Shown here: positions 36,374-48,729 of the stretch, in pieces | Layout of the letters: each line of letters starts with the position of its first letter | Position numbering within the stretch: the first letter of the stretch is position 1 | NCBI RefSeq assembly: GCF_052425735.1 | Contig: NC_135762.1 | Location: 10,478,001-10,542,000 of the forward strand | Direction: 5' to 3' | DNA: 64,000 nucleotides | Source of the DNA: Oculina patagonica | Lineage: Eukaryota | Notes under the pieces: generated by a model | What the model was told of the DNA's origin: nothing | Database searches by the model: none | What the model saw: the letters and a program-made list of their open reading frames with translations, nothing else | Program-made: the position numbers and the translations under genes

Positions 36374-38879
36374 TTAAGTTTCGTTACGTAAATAACTTTG
36401 AATCCAGCCACAACAGCAGAGACTATAAATTCTCGATAGTATTCTTTTTAAACTAGCTGGCAAGAAATGACAATGATCTGATGAGTATGGCGTTCTTCTC
36501 CAGCAACTGTGATGCTTTTATTTGGCTTTAGAAGAGCAGACTTAATTAAACAATACTCTTTTTGGTATGCATAATTTTTTTTAATTGAGTTGAGGTAAAA
36601 AACGGCCCAACTAATTACAGTCTAATTACACAAAACCTTTTTAAAGAGTTAAAGAATTAAAATTGGCCATATCATTACTTGTTTCGTATATTTTTTCGTT
36701 TTAATTTTATCGCACTCTATGGGTGGTTTCAAAATCATTGCGAAAATTTCAAATGCTAAGGCATTTTAAAAGTTCACGAGTATTGCAAAACACCCAAAGA
36801 AAACAATGACAAGTATATGATTGAAACATCATTTCAAAGAAACGAGTAAACACCTGCTTCTTTCAAGGAGTATTTGAGTTTTGCATTTGATAAACTTAAA
36901 TTAGCATTAAAAAACAAAATTTATTTTTCATGCTTTTGGTTTACAAATAGCAGGAATTTGTTTTTAATGACTATCTAACGCTAATACGCACAGGCCTATT
37001 TGACCTAATTGTGACTTTCTTGACTAAACGCATATTAATTTGTTCGTGGAGTTTCTGTAAAACATACTTCCACATTTTTAGTTCAAGTTGAACGTGAGAT
37101 AACGGTTAGAAAAGCGAAAAAAATCTAACAACAAATGAAGAACAGTTTGACAACAACGGTACGTTGGAGCAGAGAAGGACAAGGGACTGAGTTTATTTAA
37201 ACCCAAGTAGGGAAATAATAACAATTATGACTAAAGACAATCATGGCAGTTCTTGTTCGAATTTTAAGCAACTGGAAAGGATCGTTAATCAAAAGATAGC
37301 GGGAGACAATCTTTGCAATGTTTTAATTGTAAACAAACTTGTCAGTGATGCTGTCGATTATTTCAAGTGTCATTTACGGTTCGCTTTTTTAAGTCTTTTG
37401 AATCATGCAAGTTTTTGTTATTTTTCGTTCAGTTGTTGCTATTCTGACACAGTCCGGAAAGGTAAAAAACGATATACTACAACAGTACCGAGTATCGTTC
37501 AGAAACTGCGCGATATGATTGTTTTATTAAATAATTTCATTTTGTCCGTGTGGATGAAAAACGTATCCATTTAACAACCCATTTTGGTTACTGCAGTTGA
37601 TAAGTAAATTAAATTAAAAGTACAGTTACTTACTTGTTTTAGCTCAGTCGTTAGGTCTTGGTCTCTGTAGAAGTCCGTAAGCGGTTAACAAGACGAAACA
37701 CGTTCTTTAGAAGACAGCGCGTACACGTCTGTACTTCGATTGAACAAATTATTTAAGGGTTGATTTTGCCTCGAGAGATTTGCATATCAGATTGCTTTTT
37801 AATGAAGGTGTTAAAACTGATGTGATAAAAATTTCTTGTCATGTTTCCAACTAAGAGAATGGAGTTCAAACAAAGATAATTATTGGGTTTTTCATAAAAT
37901 TCACGATGAAGATTTTTATCTAATTTCTTTCGGAAGTAACATGGCACCATTGTTGAAATTATTCAAACAAAACAAAAAGTCTATTTTTTCCCGTTGTAGA
38001 TTTTATTCTATGTTGCTTTGCGTTGACCAAAAGTTTTACTGAAATAGCAATATTAAGTATAAAAAGTACGATAAGTTCTCTTTGTTATTCAAATTTTCTC
38101 CCAGTTTAAAAAAATGACTTGCTATTTTTACAGCTGATTGCTCTGTGGTTGGCAAATCAACACATCGACAGGCAAGATTGTCAAACCCATTGAAAAGCAA
38201 ATTATCCCTGTACTTGGAAAACATTTATGTTATCCCAGAAAGCTTTATTAAACTCTTATTAAGCAACACCATTAACGTAATTGAACTACTTACCTCAGTT
38301 ATCGTGAAAGTCTTTCTATCATTTTTTTGCTTTTATGAGACATTCTCAAATACATTGTTGTGTGTAAAAACGATACACATGTATTTCATTTTCACGTTGA
38401 GAAACAATAGGCCCAACCGAGAGCATTTTGCAACTGTTTCATTTGATTCCGGTACAAATTCTACATCCAGCATGAGATCAGGCTCTAAGTTTAGTCGCTT
38501 TTAATTAACAACTAGGGGTGGCTATTTTATATATCATCGCTTAATTCGTTATGTAAATAGAACGCAAGAGTAACTTTCATAAATCATCACAATTTTGCTG
38601 AAAACTCCAGTATCCGCTCGATAAAAAGATGTGGGCTATTTGACGTCCCCTTTTAAAATAAGTGTTTGTTTTCAAATGAAGTTCTCAAAAGGGTTGGACT
38701 TCAAGCAAACGGTGAAAATTTTAAACTGTCAAAAATACCAATAAGTTCTTTTCACTGTCAACAACAGACAACAACAGTCAACTTAGTGCAAAGTGTCATA
38801 AAACCTTTAAGCTGGTATGTGTGGTGTGTGCAGCTTTTACTGTCAACCGTCAAAAAACGTTCAGATGGACTTAATTTCT

Positions 38880-39190
38880 CGGGGGGGGGGGACTCCCACA
38901 TGAAACGGACGGGGATGCTCGTCGGAAATTTTGAAAAGAACCCCGAAAAGAGACCAATCTGGGTGTGGCTCAAGCTTTTCTTGACCCCTAAACGATACCA
39001 AAAAACTAAGAATGGAGTTTATATTTGTATATTTCCTGGTGTGTAACCCTAAACGAGACCATTATGGCTAAAAATATTGGCGTTTTGGGCGTTTTGCCCG
39101 GAACACCCTAAGCGAGACCGAAATAAATCCGAAAGCGAGACGACGAGCATCCCCGTCACTTCATGTGCGAGTCCCCCCCCCCCCCCCCGG
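38880..39190. mobile_element. MITE with poly-G/poly-C termini
   Basis: CGGGGG..GACTC.CACATGAA..ACGGGGATGCTCGTCG / CGACGAGCATCCCCGT..TTCATGTG.GAGTCCCC..CG. Confidence 0.8.
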
Positions 39191-39558
39191 GCTTAATTTG
39201 GTGATGGCTCCGACTATAAGCTGACAAATTTATTATTGTCAACAGTCGAAGGATTCCGGCTTAGGTGTAGAAATATTTGGGTTTACCTCGGTGTAAAAAA
39301 AACATGACAATATTTGCTTTGTTTTAGAACTATTGTTTTCCTGCTTTTATTCTTTTTTTTACGTTATTTGTAAGTCTGACAGCATTTTACTACGAGGATG
39401 TAATATATCAAACACGAGACAGCGTTTTTCGCTTATGTTTTGAAAGAAGGGTCTGGCTTAATGCTAATTTAGTTGCCCTTGGCCACTGACTAGGCCATCT
39501 TTACACACTCAGAAAGAAGCATAAAATTACTCGAATTACGTTACGCTTGCAAACTTAC

Positions 39559-39679
39559 ATTGATTAGGAGTGCAGAGTTTGTTTAACGGTCCACTTTGCA
39601 TTCCTCCTGTTGCAAAAGAATCCATCGATGGAACGAGGATCAGGGCGAAAAGGAACACAGCAACCCAGAACAGCTTCAT
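39559..39679 (-). pseudogene. Orphan inverted copy of pentraxin exon 1 (signal peptide)
   Basis: Reverse complement of 41687-41807, followed by the same GTAAGT donor; no downstream pentraxin exons seen on the - strand. Confidence 0.8.
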
Positions 39680-39803
39680 GCGTTTAAATTCCAGTAACTT
39701 CAAAATCAAAAACAAAATGTTTATGATGAAAATGAAAGACTGCATGAAGGCATATTTAAGTAGAGCGCTGAAAACTCATTGCAAATTCTGAAGAAATATT
39801 TAA

Positions 39804-40196
39804 AGGGACTGTGTCAGGAATTTTAGTGGAATTAAGGCATGGGAAAATGACCATCAAGCTCAGTGAAATATAAAAATAACCTCTTAAAACAGTGAAGGAG
39901 CATTTCAATATCACAGCAAATACAAAAGAAGGAACGGATGGCCAAAAGTGACGAAGATTGAAACGGATTGCGATATGAGTTTTTGAAATGTTGTTGGGCT
40001 GAACAGTTTCCAAAGTTACTCTCGTTTGCTTGTAACTTTAAAATTTTAACGCCCGGGAGACAAATTCGGTTTCAATGAAGCTACGGTTTTCTCATTTAGA
40101 TCGATAAAAGTAATTACCTTGCAAACATTAGGATTCATAGCGAGTATTTGGCAAAACTAAATAAAATAAACTTCACTCACCCGTGACACAGTCCCT
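39804..40196. mobile_element. Kolobok-like MITE inside the left arm
   Basis: TTAA-AGGGACTGTGTCA ... TGACACAGTCCCT-TTAA. Confidence 0.85.
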
Positions 40197-41169
40197 TTAA
40201 CTCAATATGGCGTGAGCAAGAACTGGGAAAACATTTTTTTTTAAGTTGAAACTGATGTCTACTTACAATTTTGCTGGCAATTGTTCTACTAGTAAAGGAG
40301 CAGTTCGCTGATTAAAATTTCAGCTGCTGTCAAACCTCGCGGATGGAACTATATCAAATCTTCAAACGACCAAACGGTGAGCTAAAAGCCGAAAAAACTC
40401 AAATTTATAGCTGCCAAAATTACTGACACGCCTTTGAAGGCGTCACAGAATATTTTCATACATTCTCCAATTTCCCCCCGAGAGATGATCTTGTTAGCAC
40501 TTCTGTTTAAGTCACTACAATAGTAAGATCCAATTTAATATAATGTGTCAGAGTGTTACAGTTCATAAATTATATGATGATGTAACTTTTCAAAAGCTAT
40601 TACGAGTGCTTTGAAAGGGTTGATGCGCAAAAAGCATAATAACAGGTGAAAGCACAAACACATACTACTTATTAACCGAGAGTGAGGTCATTACAGGGGA
40701 ATCTCAGACCTCGGCCTTGATGTATTGACCGAGCGATAGCGAGGTCAATACATCAAGCACTCGTAATAGCTTTTGAAAAGTTACATCATCATATAATTTA
40801 TGAACTGTAACACTCTGACACATTATATTAAATTGGATCTTACTATTGTAGTGACTTAAACAGAAGTGCTAACAAGATCATCTCTCGGGGGGAAATTGGA
40901 GAATGTATGAAAATATTCTGTGACGCCTTCAAAGGCGTGTCAGTAATTTTGGCAGCTATAAATTTGAGTTTTTTCGGCTTTTAGCTCACCGTTTGGTCGT
41001 TTGAAGATTTGATATAGTTCCATCCGCGAGGTTTGACAGCAGCTGAAATTTTAATCAGCGAACTGCTCCTTTACTAGTAGAACAATTGCCAGCAAAATTG
41101 TAAGTAGACATCAGTTTCAACTTAAAAAAAAATGTTTTCCCAGTTCTTGCTCACGCCATATTGAGTTAA

Positions 41170-41562
41170 AGGGACTGTGTCACGGGTGAGTGAAGTTTAT
41201 TTTATTTAGTTTTGCCAAATACTCGCTATGAATCCTAATGTTTGCAAGGTAATTACTTCTATCGATCTAAATGAGAAAACCGTAGCTTCATTGAAACCGA
41301 ATTTGTCTCCCGGGCGTTAAAATTTTAAAGTTACAAGCAAACGAGAGTAACTTTGGAAACTGTTCAGCCCAACAACATTTCAAAAACTCATATCGCAATC
41401 CGTTTCAATCTTCGTCACTTTTGGCCATCCGTTCCTTCTTTTGTATTTGCTGTGATATTGAAATGCTCCTTCACTGTTTTAAGAGGTTATTTTTATATTT
41501 CACTGAGCTTGATGGTCATTTTCCCATGCCTTAATTCCACTAAAATTCCTGACACAGTCCCT
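41170..41562. mobile_element. Kolobok-like MITE, right-arm copy, ending ~125 bp upstream of the pentraxin ATG
   Basis: Mirror of 39804-40196. Confidence 0.85.
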
Positions 41563-41686
41563 TTAAATATTTCTTCAGAATTTGCAATGAGTTTTCAGCG
41601 CTCTACTTAAATATGCCTTCATGCAGTCTTTCATTTTCATCATAAACATTTTGTTTTTGATTTTGAAGTTACTGGAATTTAAACGC

Positions 41687-43316
41687 ATGAAGCTGTTCTG
41701 GGTTGCTGTGTTCCTTTTCGCCCTGATCCTCGTTCCATCGATGGATTCTTTTGCAACAGGAGGAATGCAAAGTGGACCGTTAAACAAACTCTGCACTCCT
41801 AATCAATGTAAGTTTGCAAGCGTAACGTAATTCGAGTAATTTTATGCTTCTTTCTGAGTGTGTAAAGATGGCCTAGTCAGTGGCCAAGGGCAACTAAATT
41901 AGCATTAAGCCAGACCCTTCTTTCAAAACATAAGCGAAATTAAACACCGTTTTATTTTTAACAGTCTTCAGATTAACAATGTTTTCAAGGCAACCATGCG
42001 AAGAAGCCAGAAGATCTTAAAAAAAGGAGGGAGTTGTTTAGTAGATATGAGTGGTTTAATTTGAATTAGGGTTTCAAGGGAAACATAGCAACGCCTGGTA
42101 AACTAATTAATTGCGATTTGTTCTTCTAGTGATGAATTTCATTTCCTAATTATTTTCGAGAATTTATAATCTCGGGTAAAGTTATCGATGAAATTTGGCT
42201 AGTTAATGTAAACAGTTACTCTTAGGAATAGAAATCATAGTAAATGTAGAGTAAGGGGGCATTTAATGGCCTTCTGTATCAGTAGATGTTATATAATAAC
42301 ATTAAACAATGCTGTCAGTTTCAGAATACCGAATGGTGTTTCCAGAACGCACTAACAAAAATTACGCGTTGAAAGAAAACGCCTTTGGGAATGGTCTCAA
42401 GGCAGTTACGTTGTGTTTCTTTGCAAAGGACAATCCAAACGACTCCAGTAAGAAGTTTCAGTGCCCTTTCAGTTACGGAGTTTCCGTATCACACAACGAG
42501 TTGACTTTGTGCACCTCCCCTACGCTACGAGTGATGGTCAATGGAGAAATAAGGTTTGTATAAGCTTTATTTACGGTATTCAGCAATAATAAGTACCAGA
42601 AGCTTATGTAAGTACGGATAAAATCCATTCTCGGAGACCTAGGAGCAGTTAGTGGGGGTGAGGGAAACGCGAAACTGCGGGGAAAAAATAATACAAAGGG
42701 AATACAAAGAACTTTTCTGCTCAATCAGGACATGCAGGAGGCAGTATTCAGATAGCTGTTTGGAACTGGCCTGGTAAGACTCTTTCCCCAGGGGCACCTT
42801 TCACTCACTCCAACTTTTCTTTGCCGATTTTTTTCTCGAAGTTTACCGTTTCTGTACATGCATTCTGTATGTGCTTCCAAATTTCATTGCCAAAATACCA
42901 TAAAATACAATTAATATTTTTCTCTTTATAGGGATACCGACGTCAACATGGAAGATGGTAACTTTCATCACATTTGTTTCATCTGGAAAAACTCCGGTGG
43001 AGAATACCAGCTTTTCATGGATGGTAAGATGGTGGCCAATGGCATGGGCCTCAAAGCGGGGTACACGATTCAACAAGGAGGTTCCGTGGTTCTCGGACAA
43101 GATCAAATCAAGCTTGCTGGAGACTTCGATCCAGATGAAGCTTTCGTTGGCGAGCTGACAGAAGTCAATGTGTGGGACACAGTTCTTTCGCGTGGTGCTG
43201 TTGTAGCCCAGCACAACTCCTGTCGCGTCAGAAAAGGATCAGTCACCAGGTGGTCTCAGTTCAAAACTGCTGTTCACGGCGGAGTGCAAGTGGTTGACTC
43301 CACCTCAATCCCCTGA
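41687..43316 (+). CDS. Secreted short pentraxin-domain protein; exons 41687-41807, ~42319-42553, 42932-43316
   Basis: Exon 1 MKLFWVAVFLFALILVPSMDS (signal peptide) then GTAAGT. Exon 2 FPERTNKNYA..LKAVTLCF..PFSYGV..NEL. A phase-2 GT..AG intron joins ..EIR|DTDVNMEDG. Exon 3 has a pentraxin-signature-like HHICFIWKNS and GGSVVLGQDQ..AFVGELTEVNVWD. AATAAA at 43339. The exon 2 acceptor is uncertain. Confidence 0.85.
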
Positions 43317-43657
43317 GTGTTTATAGCAAGCAAATGGAAATAAATGATGATTAAAGTGAGAGCATCTTGAGAAGTTTTCTAAGTTTTTGTGTTCACTATG
43401 CTAGAATTATGAGGGTGTACTCACTGATCAACAAAAAAACTTTAAACAAACATAAAGGCATAAATTAATTCTCTAAGATGTGAATAAACTGTGATTAATG
43501 GTTTGTAAAAAAAAAATTTCTTCAAAGTTTAACTGTCAAACTTGAAAACGTCGGCCCGACTTTTTCATTTTAGGCCAATTGTTTTCCTACCAGTCCGTAG
43601 CCACACCACTTTCAAACAATTTTTCGACAATTACAACTTACATTTTATAAAGGCAAG

Positions 43658-43894
43658 GGCCTGGTTGTTCAAGATATTAAGCTAATCCAGGATTAGCGTG
43701 AATTTTGATTTCAATTTTATATAATTTCGTTGAGGTTTTCTGTTAATATTTTCTGTCCAACAGTTTTGACATGGACCAATCTCAAACTTAACAAAATATT
43801 AGCTTTGGGAAACCCTTTAAAACAAGAGAAATTAAAATCTTGATCATCTTTTAATCCTGAGTTAGCGTTAATCGTCTTTCGAACAACCCAGCCC
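43658..43894. mobile_element. MITE
   Basis: GGGCCTGGTTGTTC ... GAACAACCCAGCCC, plus internal inverted GCTAATCCAGGATT / AATCCTGAGTTAGC. Confidence 0.7.
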
Positions 43895-46019
43895 AGGCCA
43901 CTGTACTGTAAGTGGATTTCCAATTTATACCAACACCTTTATTGGATTTCAAGTAGCATTTAATGTTGATGATACTTCCCCTTTAAACAAATGATAACTT
44001 TGATCGACTTACAATTTAAAATAATACACGCAAACAATAAGTTGACCCAGCATCCACGATCTTGTAGATCTTTGTAGCCGGGTTCTTTAGTCCAGTTCTT
44101 TCGCCGTTCTCACCGCGCGCTCATCGATCGAAAAAACACGAGAAAAATAGAGGGCTGTAGACAGTCTATTTAGTCACCGATGGATTCATCATTCAAAAAC
44201 TCCCTTCCCTTCTTGATCCCTTTGCTAAACTTAACGTTTTTTTCACACCTGATTAGCTGATTAACTACGAACCAATCCCAAGAAATTCAAATAACGACTA
44301 GCCGGCGAAATCGCAAGAACAAATCAGACAAGCCAATTAGAGATTTTTTGTGCCTGCCAACACAATTAGGACGTCACTTGCAATGCAAGAATAAGGTTTA
44401 AAATTTAAAATTTCTTCCATTCAAAGTCGTAAAGTTTGGTTTTGGATTTTCGTGTTGTGCAAATGGAACTGAAAGTCAACAATCGTATAACAGAAGGGCC
44501 AATTTAAAAAAAAAAAAAGACATTTTTTTATACTGCATCAAAACAGAAGAAGAACTTCGTACGTTGAAAAAAATTTATAAACCCAGGAGGGCTATCAACC
44601 GCTTATATTACATAAGTAAAAGTCCTGTTGTAGAGTTTTGTTGCCTTAGAAGCGTACTTAGAGTGAGAAAAAGATTGAATTTCGGTAAAGCTAAAAATAT
44701 GATTATCTGAATTTAATTTGTTCAAGAAAAACTTCTTATCCAAAACGAAAATATATGTTGACCGTGTGGATTGCAAATAAAAATTGCTAGGGGAGATTTT
44801 TAGCATCTATTTTTAGCCATCATCGAGTGGCATCTTAAAACACACTCTTTGAAATGCAACGACTTGGGTTCTTCAACCGAAAAATTCTGTCGAGAAAAGC
44901 ACTAGTGCAATTTATTTAGCGATAACTATTTCTGTGAATACAAACCGTTTTTTGCCAGAAGCACTAACGAAATCCATTCTGAAACACTAACACGAGACAT
45001 TCAATATGAAGAGTTTATTGAGGATGCGTCAGCCAGTCATCTGAGCTGATGTAAAATGTATCCTAATACAGTGCATCTGAATGTACCCTGATTACCATCT
45101 TGCAAAAAACAACAGTTGGTTCTAAAAGTATTAAGGTGTGTGCTACGCCAGATACGAAAAACTAGAAAAAAAACATCCTTTAGATGTGGCCAAAAATATG
45201 TGGAAACGTATCCCTCATCTAATGCAGCAGCACGAGATCCCGAGAAAAGGGAACAATTAAATAAGCTAGAACATTTTACAATAGACTATTTACAAAAGCT
45301 GTACAAACAAAACTTTAAAGAAAAAAGAAAAGCAAGCGAAGACGAGGACTGACGACCTAGAATGACCTAAATCAACCGCCAAAAACCTATTTATACCTAC
45401 ACATGCATCCCATAACATCCCGCGAACCAGTCTCAATAGTGCCGTCAAGATATTACTTTCTGACTAATTTATTCATTTAAACGTCAGAAATTACATTTCC
45501 TGCATGTCAAATAATTACAGACTACAGGTGGTCAAACTCAACGTTAAACAAATAAACGCCATCAAGCTTTTACTAAAGCAAGATGGCATATGGTCATTTT
45601 TTTAAGCGTCAGTCCTTCTTAAAGATCTCTTTGAAAGGATTTGACATCCAATTTACTCCCTTATATCCCGATAAATGTGACTGACAATGTGGGTATTGTC
45701 AAACTGCGACGCATAAGAAATAAAAGTGCCTTGTACCTATTTATTCTCCAAACAATATCGAAATATTGTCCAGCAGACAGGTAATAAGAACACAGAAAAT
45801 CATCAGCAGGCGAATTTCTTCTGTATTTACCGCAAAATTATCAGATCTAACGTCAAAAAAAAAACGAACGGACTTAATTGATACTGTGTGTTTACCTTAC
45901 GCAGAAAACATAGAGCAGATTTTTAGCCATCTTTATAGCTTGCAGTTTCAATAATCAAAGAAAAAAAAAGCTAAAATAGGTTGGATCAAACCCAGATGGA
46001 ACGTTAACAAACCTTCACA

Positions 46020-47068
46020 ATGAACAACTCCACTCACATCCGCGATCCCACTGAAATCCGTCCTGCCCGTACGCCGTCTCTGTTTCATTCACAACGGCCA
46101 TGGCTTTTATCAGCACAGCAGCCTTTATTGGTAACATTTTGGTGATTGTCGCAGTGTACAAAACTCCAAACCTTAGAACGAGCACCAACTACTATTACGT
46201 CAACATGGCGGTTTCTGATTTTCTTGCCAGTCTCGCCACCTGGCCGTTGTACCTTACTGGCGAGGTCATTACAAGCAGTGGAAGTCTACTCCAAGGTTCT
46301 CTGGCAACTTTTAGTTGCAAACTAGGAACGTATTTAAGAATTGTCTCTTTTGCAGTATCGATTTTAAGCCTGGTGTTGATTGCTGTCGACAGATTCGTCG
46401 CTATTGTATTTCCTTTGAAAGCGACGCTGATAACACCAAAAGTAAGAGCAGCTTTGTTGTTTGCAACGTGGTTGATACCAATAGCGCATTGTATTCCTAC
46501 GTTCTATTATTCCAGGCTTGAAGAAATCGGTCTACAAACATTCTGCAGATCTGGACTGAATACTTTGTTAGTGATCTACTACATAACTTCTGTGGCCATA
46601 TATAACGTTACACCGTTGATTGCAATTATCATTATTTATTCTCGTATTATGCGCGCTTTAAAAAGAAGACAGCAACCAGATTTAACCGATGCGAACGATA
46701 CTAACTCTCAGCAAAGAAGAAGCAAGCAGATCAGAAACGTACTGAAAATATTTAAATCAGTTGTTGTAGCGTATTTTGTATGCATTTGTTTGTTTGGGAT
46801 ATATTCAGTTCTAGACATGACATTACCTGAACTTCATAACACAGACAAGTGCAACCTTATTCGAGGTCTTTTTGATTTTCTCCTCCCATTACTTAGCACA
46901 GCTATTAATCCAGTCATTTTATTTTCACTTAGTACTAATTTTCACCACGCTCTGCAGACGCTGTTTCCTTTTTCACTCGGTAATTATAAATGCCGTTCAT
47001 GTTGTCATGTTTCTCTGCACCGAGAAGATATTTCCCTACCAGAACTAGTGACATATAGGCACACCTGA
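46020..47068 (+). pseudogene. Class A GPCR group C copy 1, -1 frameshift in the N-terminus (ORF from Met 46100 is open)
   Basis: The ancestral start ATGAACAACTCC at 46020 is out of frame; GAAATCCG here vs GAATATCCG in paralogs (~46056). Could be a sequencing error. Confidence 0.75.
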
Positions 47069-47247
47069 TCAAGAGCCGTGAAATGTAAAGATAAGGACGA
47101 AGGAACAAAAAATGGTGAAAACGTAAAGCGCAATAAATACCAAAAGCAGAAAATCTTGCGAAAACATGTTGCCTTGGAAAAATTACGTCACGAAGGCAAA
47201 ATGTATAATTATAATCATTGTCTCACAAGTCATATATTATACAGTTT

Positions 47248-47428
47248 NNNNNNNNNNNNNNNNNNNNNNNNNNNNNNNNNNNNNNNNNNNNNNNNNNNNN
47301 NNNNNNNNNNNNNNNNNNNNNNNNNNNNNNNNNNNNNNNNNNNNNNNNNNNNNNNNNNNNNNNNNNNNNNNNNNNNNNNNNNNNNNNNNNNNNNNNNNNN
47401 NNNNNNNNNNNNNNNNNNNNNNNNNNNN
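47248..47428. other. Assembly gap (N run) followed by low-quality T-rich sequence
   Basis: Seen directly. Confidence 1.
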
Positions 47429-48729
47429 TTTTTTTTACCCCTTTTTTTTTTTTTTTTTTTTTCTCTTAATTTTTTTTTTATTTCTTTTTTTTCTTTTTTT
47501 TTATATAAAAATAAAAACAATTTTCTATTTAAGATCTTTATACTTCCATATGGTAGTTGTATCCTTTAAACCCTTTTTCGGGTTTTTACATCAATAACTC
47601 TGGCAAAATTTGAACAGCTTTTAAACGCAATCGTGTAAGAGGTAAATTAAAAGTTTCGGCCTAACAACACATGCACCGTTTGTTCAAGAAAACCTTCATA
47701 TCGAAAATGAAAACAAATATCTGATAAATGAAAACTGGATTACTGCGCTGGGGGATTTTCATCATAATGTTTCATTTTTGAAAACAATGCCATTAATTTG
47801 ACGCCTCCTGTCCTGAAACCTTTAATCAGAAAATACGGTTGAGGAGAAGACTATGTCCATTTTTAATAAATGGTTTTGCAATGTTCATTTTACATAAAAA
47901 AAGGCCACAATTACAATCTTATAGATGCATGCTAGCGGTAGTTTCATTTAATTTCTTTGTATATAAGCCATCATAGTGTGGCAATGTAACGCCTTCAATG
48001 AAGCCTTTAACAGAAAAATGCCGTTGTGGAGAGCACTAGAGCATTGATTTGTTTGGCAAAAGCTATTTTCTGTGAAAACTAGCACAAAATATTTTTATTC
48101 CAGAAGCTCCAGAAAGAAATCCCTTTCATCTTGCTATATGTCAAACGGGACTGCAGGTGGTCACACTTAAGATAAAACAAAAAACAAATAAACGCCATCA
48201 GGCCTTTTTAGAAGCAGGATGGTGTGATCATTTTAAGTGTCAGTCTTCTTAAGAGGTCGTTTTAAAATGTTCGAAATCTTTTTTATTCCCTTGCACCATA
48301 AGTGCCAATGACAAAGTGGCGTATGGAGCTATTATGACTATTATTATCAAACTACGACACCATTTAACCTGTGAATAACAAAGAGTCGTTCTTATTAATT
48401 ATCCTAACAATAGCGAAACCTTATCCAGCAAAAAGGTAATAGGAAATCATCGACAAACGAAGGAACATTTTTTTTTTGATTTACCGCCAAATTCTCACAA
48501 CTAAAGTCAATTAAAAAAAGCGAGCACACTTAATGGATGCTCTGTGTTTACATTTACAGACAACGCATAACACATTTTAAGCCATCTTTGTAGCTTGTAG
48601 CTAACAATGATAAAAGAGCCTTTACAAAATAGTGAAAGGACATTTTTCCGACGAAAAATAACATTGTTCATTGAGACACTGCTAAAGTAGCTTGGATCCA
48701 AAGACGGAACGTTAACAAGAACCGTCAAA

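Larger units (their letters stand above)
39427..41939. repeat. Large inverted repeat: 1185-bp arms (39427-40611 and 40755-41939), 143-bp spacer
   Basis: Mirror ORFs in the track (39536-39745/41621-41830, 39756-40013/41353-41610; paired coordinates sum to 81366); one mismatch noticed (gataAaag vs gataGaag, ~40108/41258). Confidence 0.96.

Noticed and set aside
34476-39679. In-frame fusion of the inverted pentraxin signal-peptide exon to the group B GPCR
   Set aside because: The 121-nt exon plus 61 nt from the presumed acceptor to the GPCR ATG is 182 nt, not a multiple of 3.
39570-41796. Mirror ORFs of 73 and 85 aa in the inverted repeat
   Set aside because: They overlap a MITE or are antisense to exon 1; identical only because of the duplication.
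45116-45352. Charged 78-aa ORF upstream of group C copy 1, possibly a virus- or TE-derived fragment
   Set aside because: Non-ATG start and no diagnostic motif; insufficient evidence.
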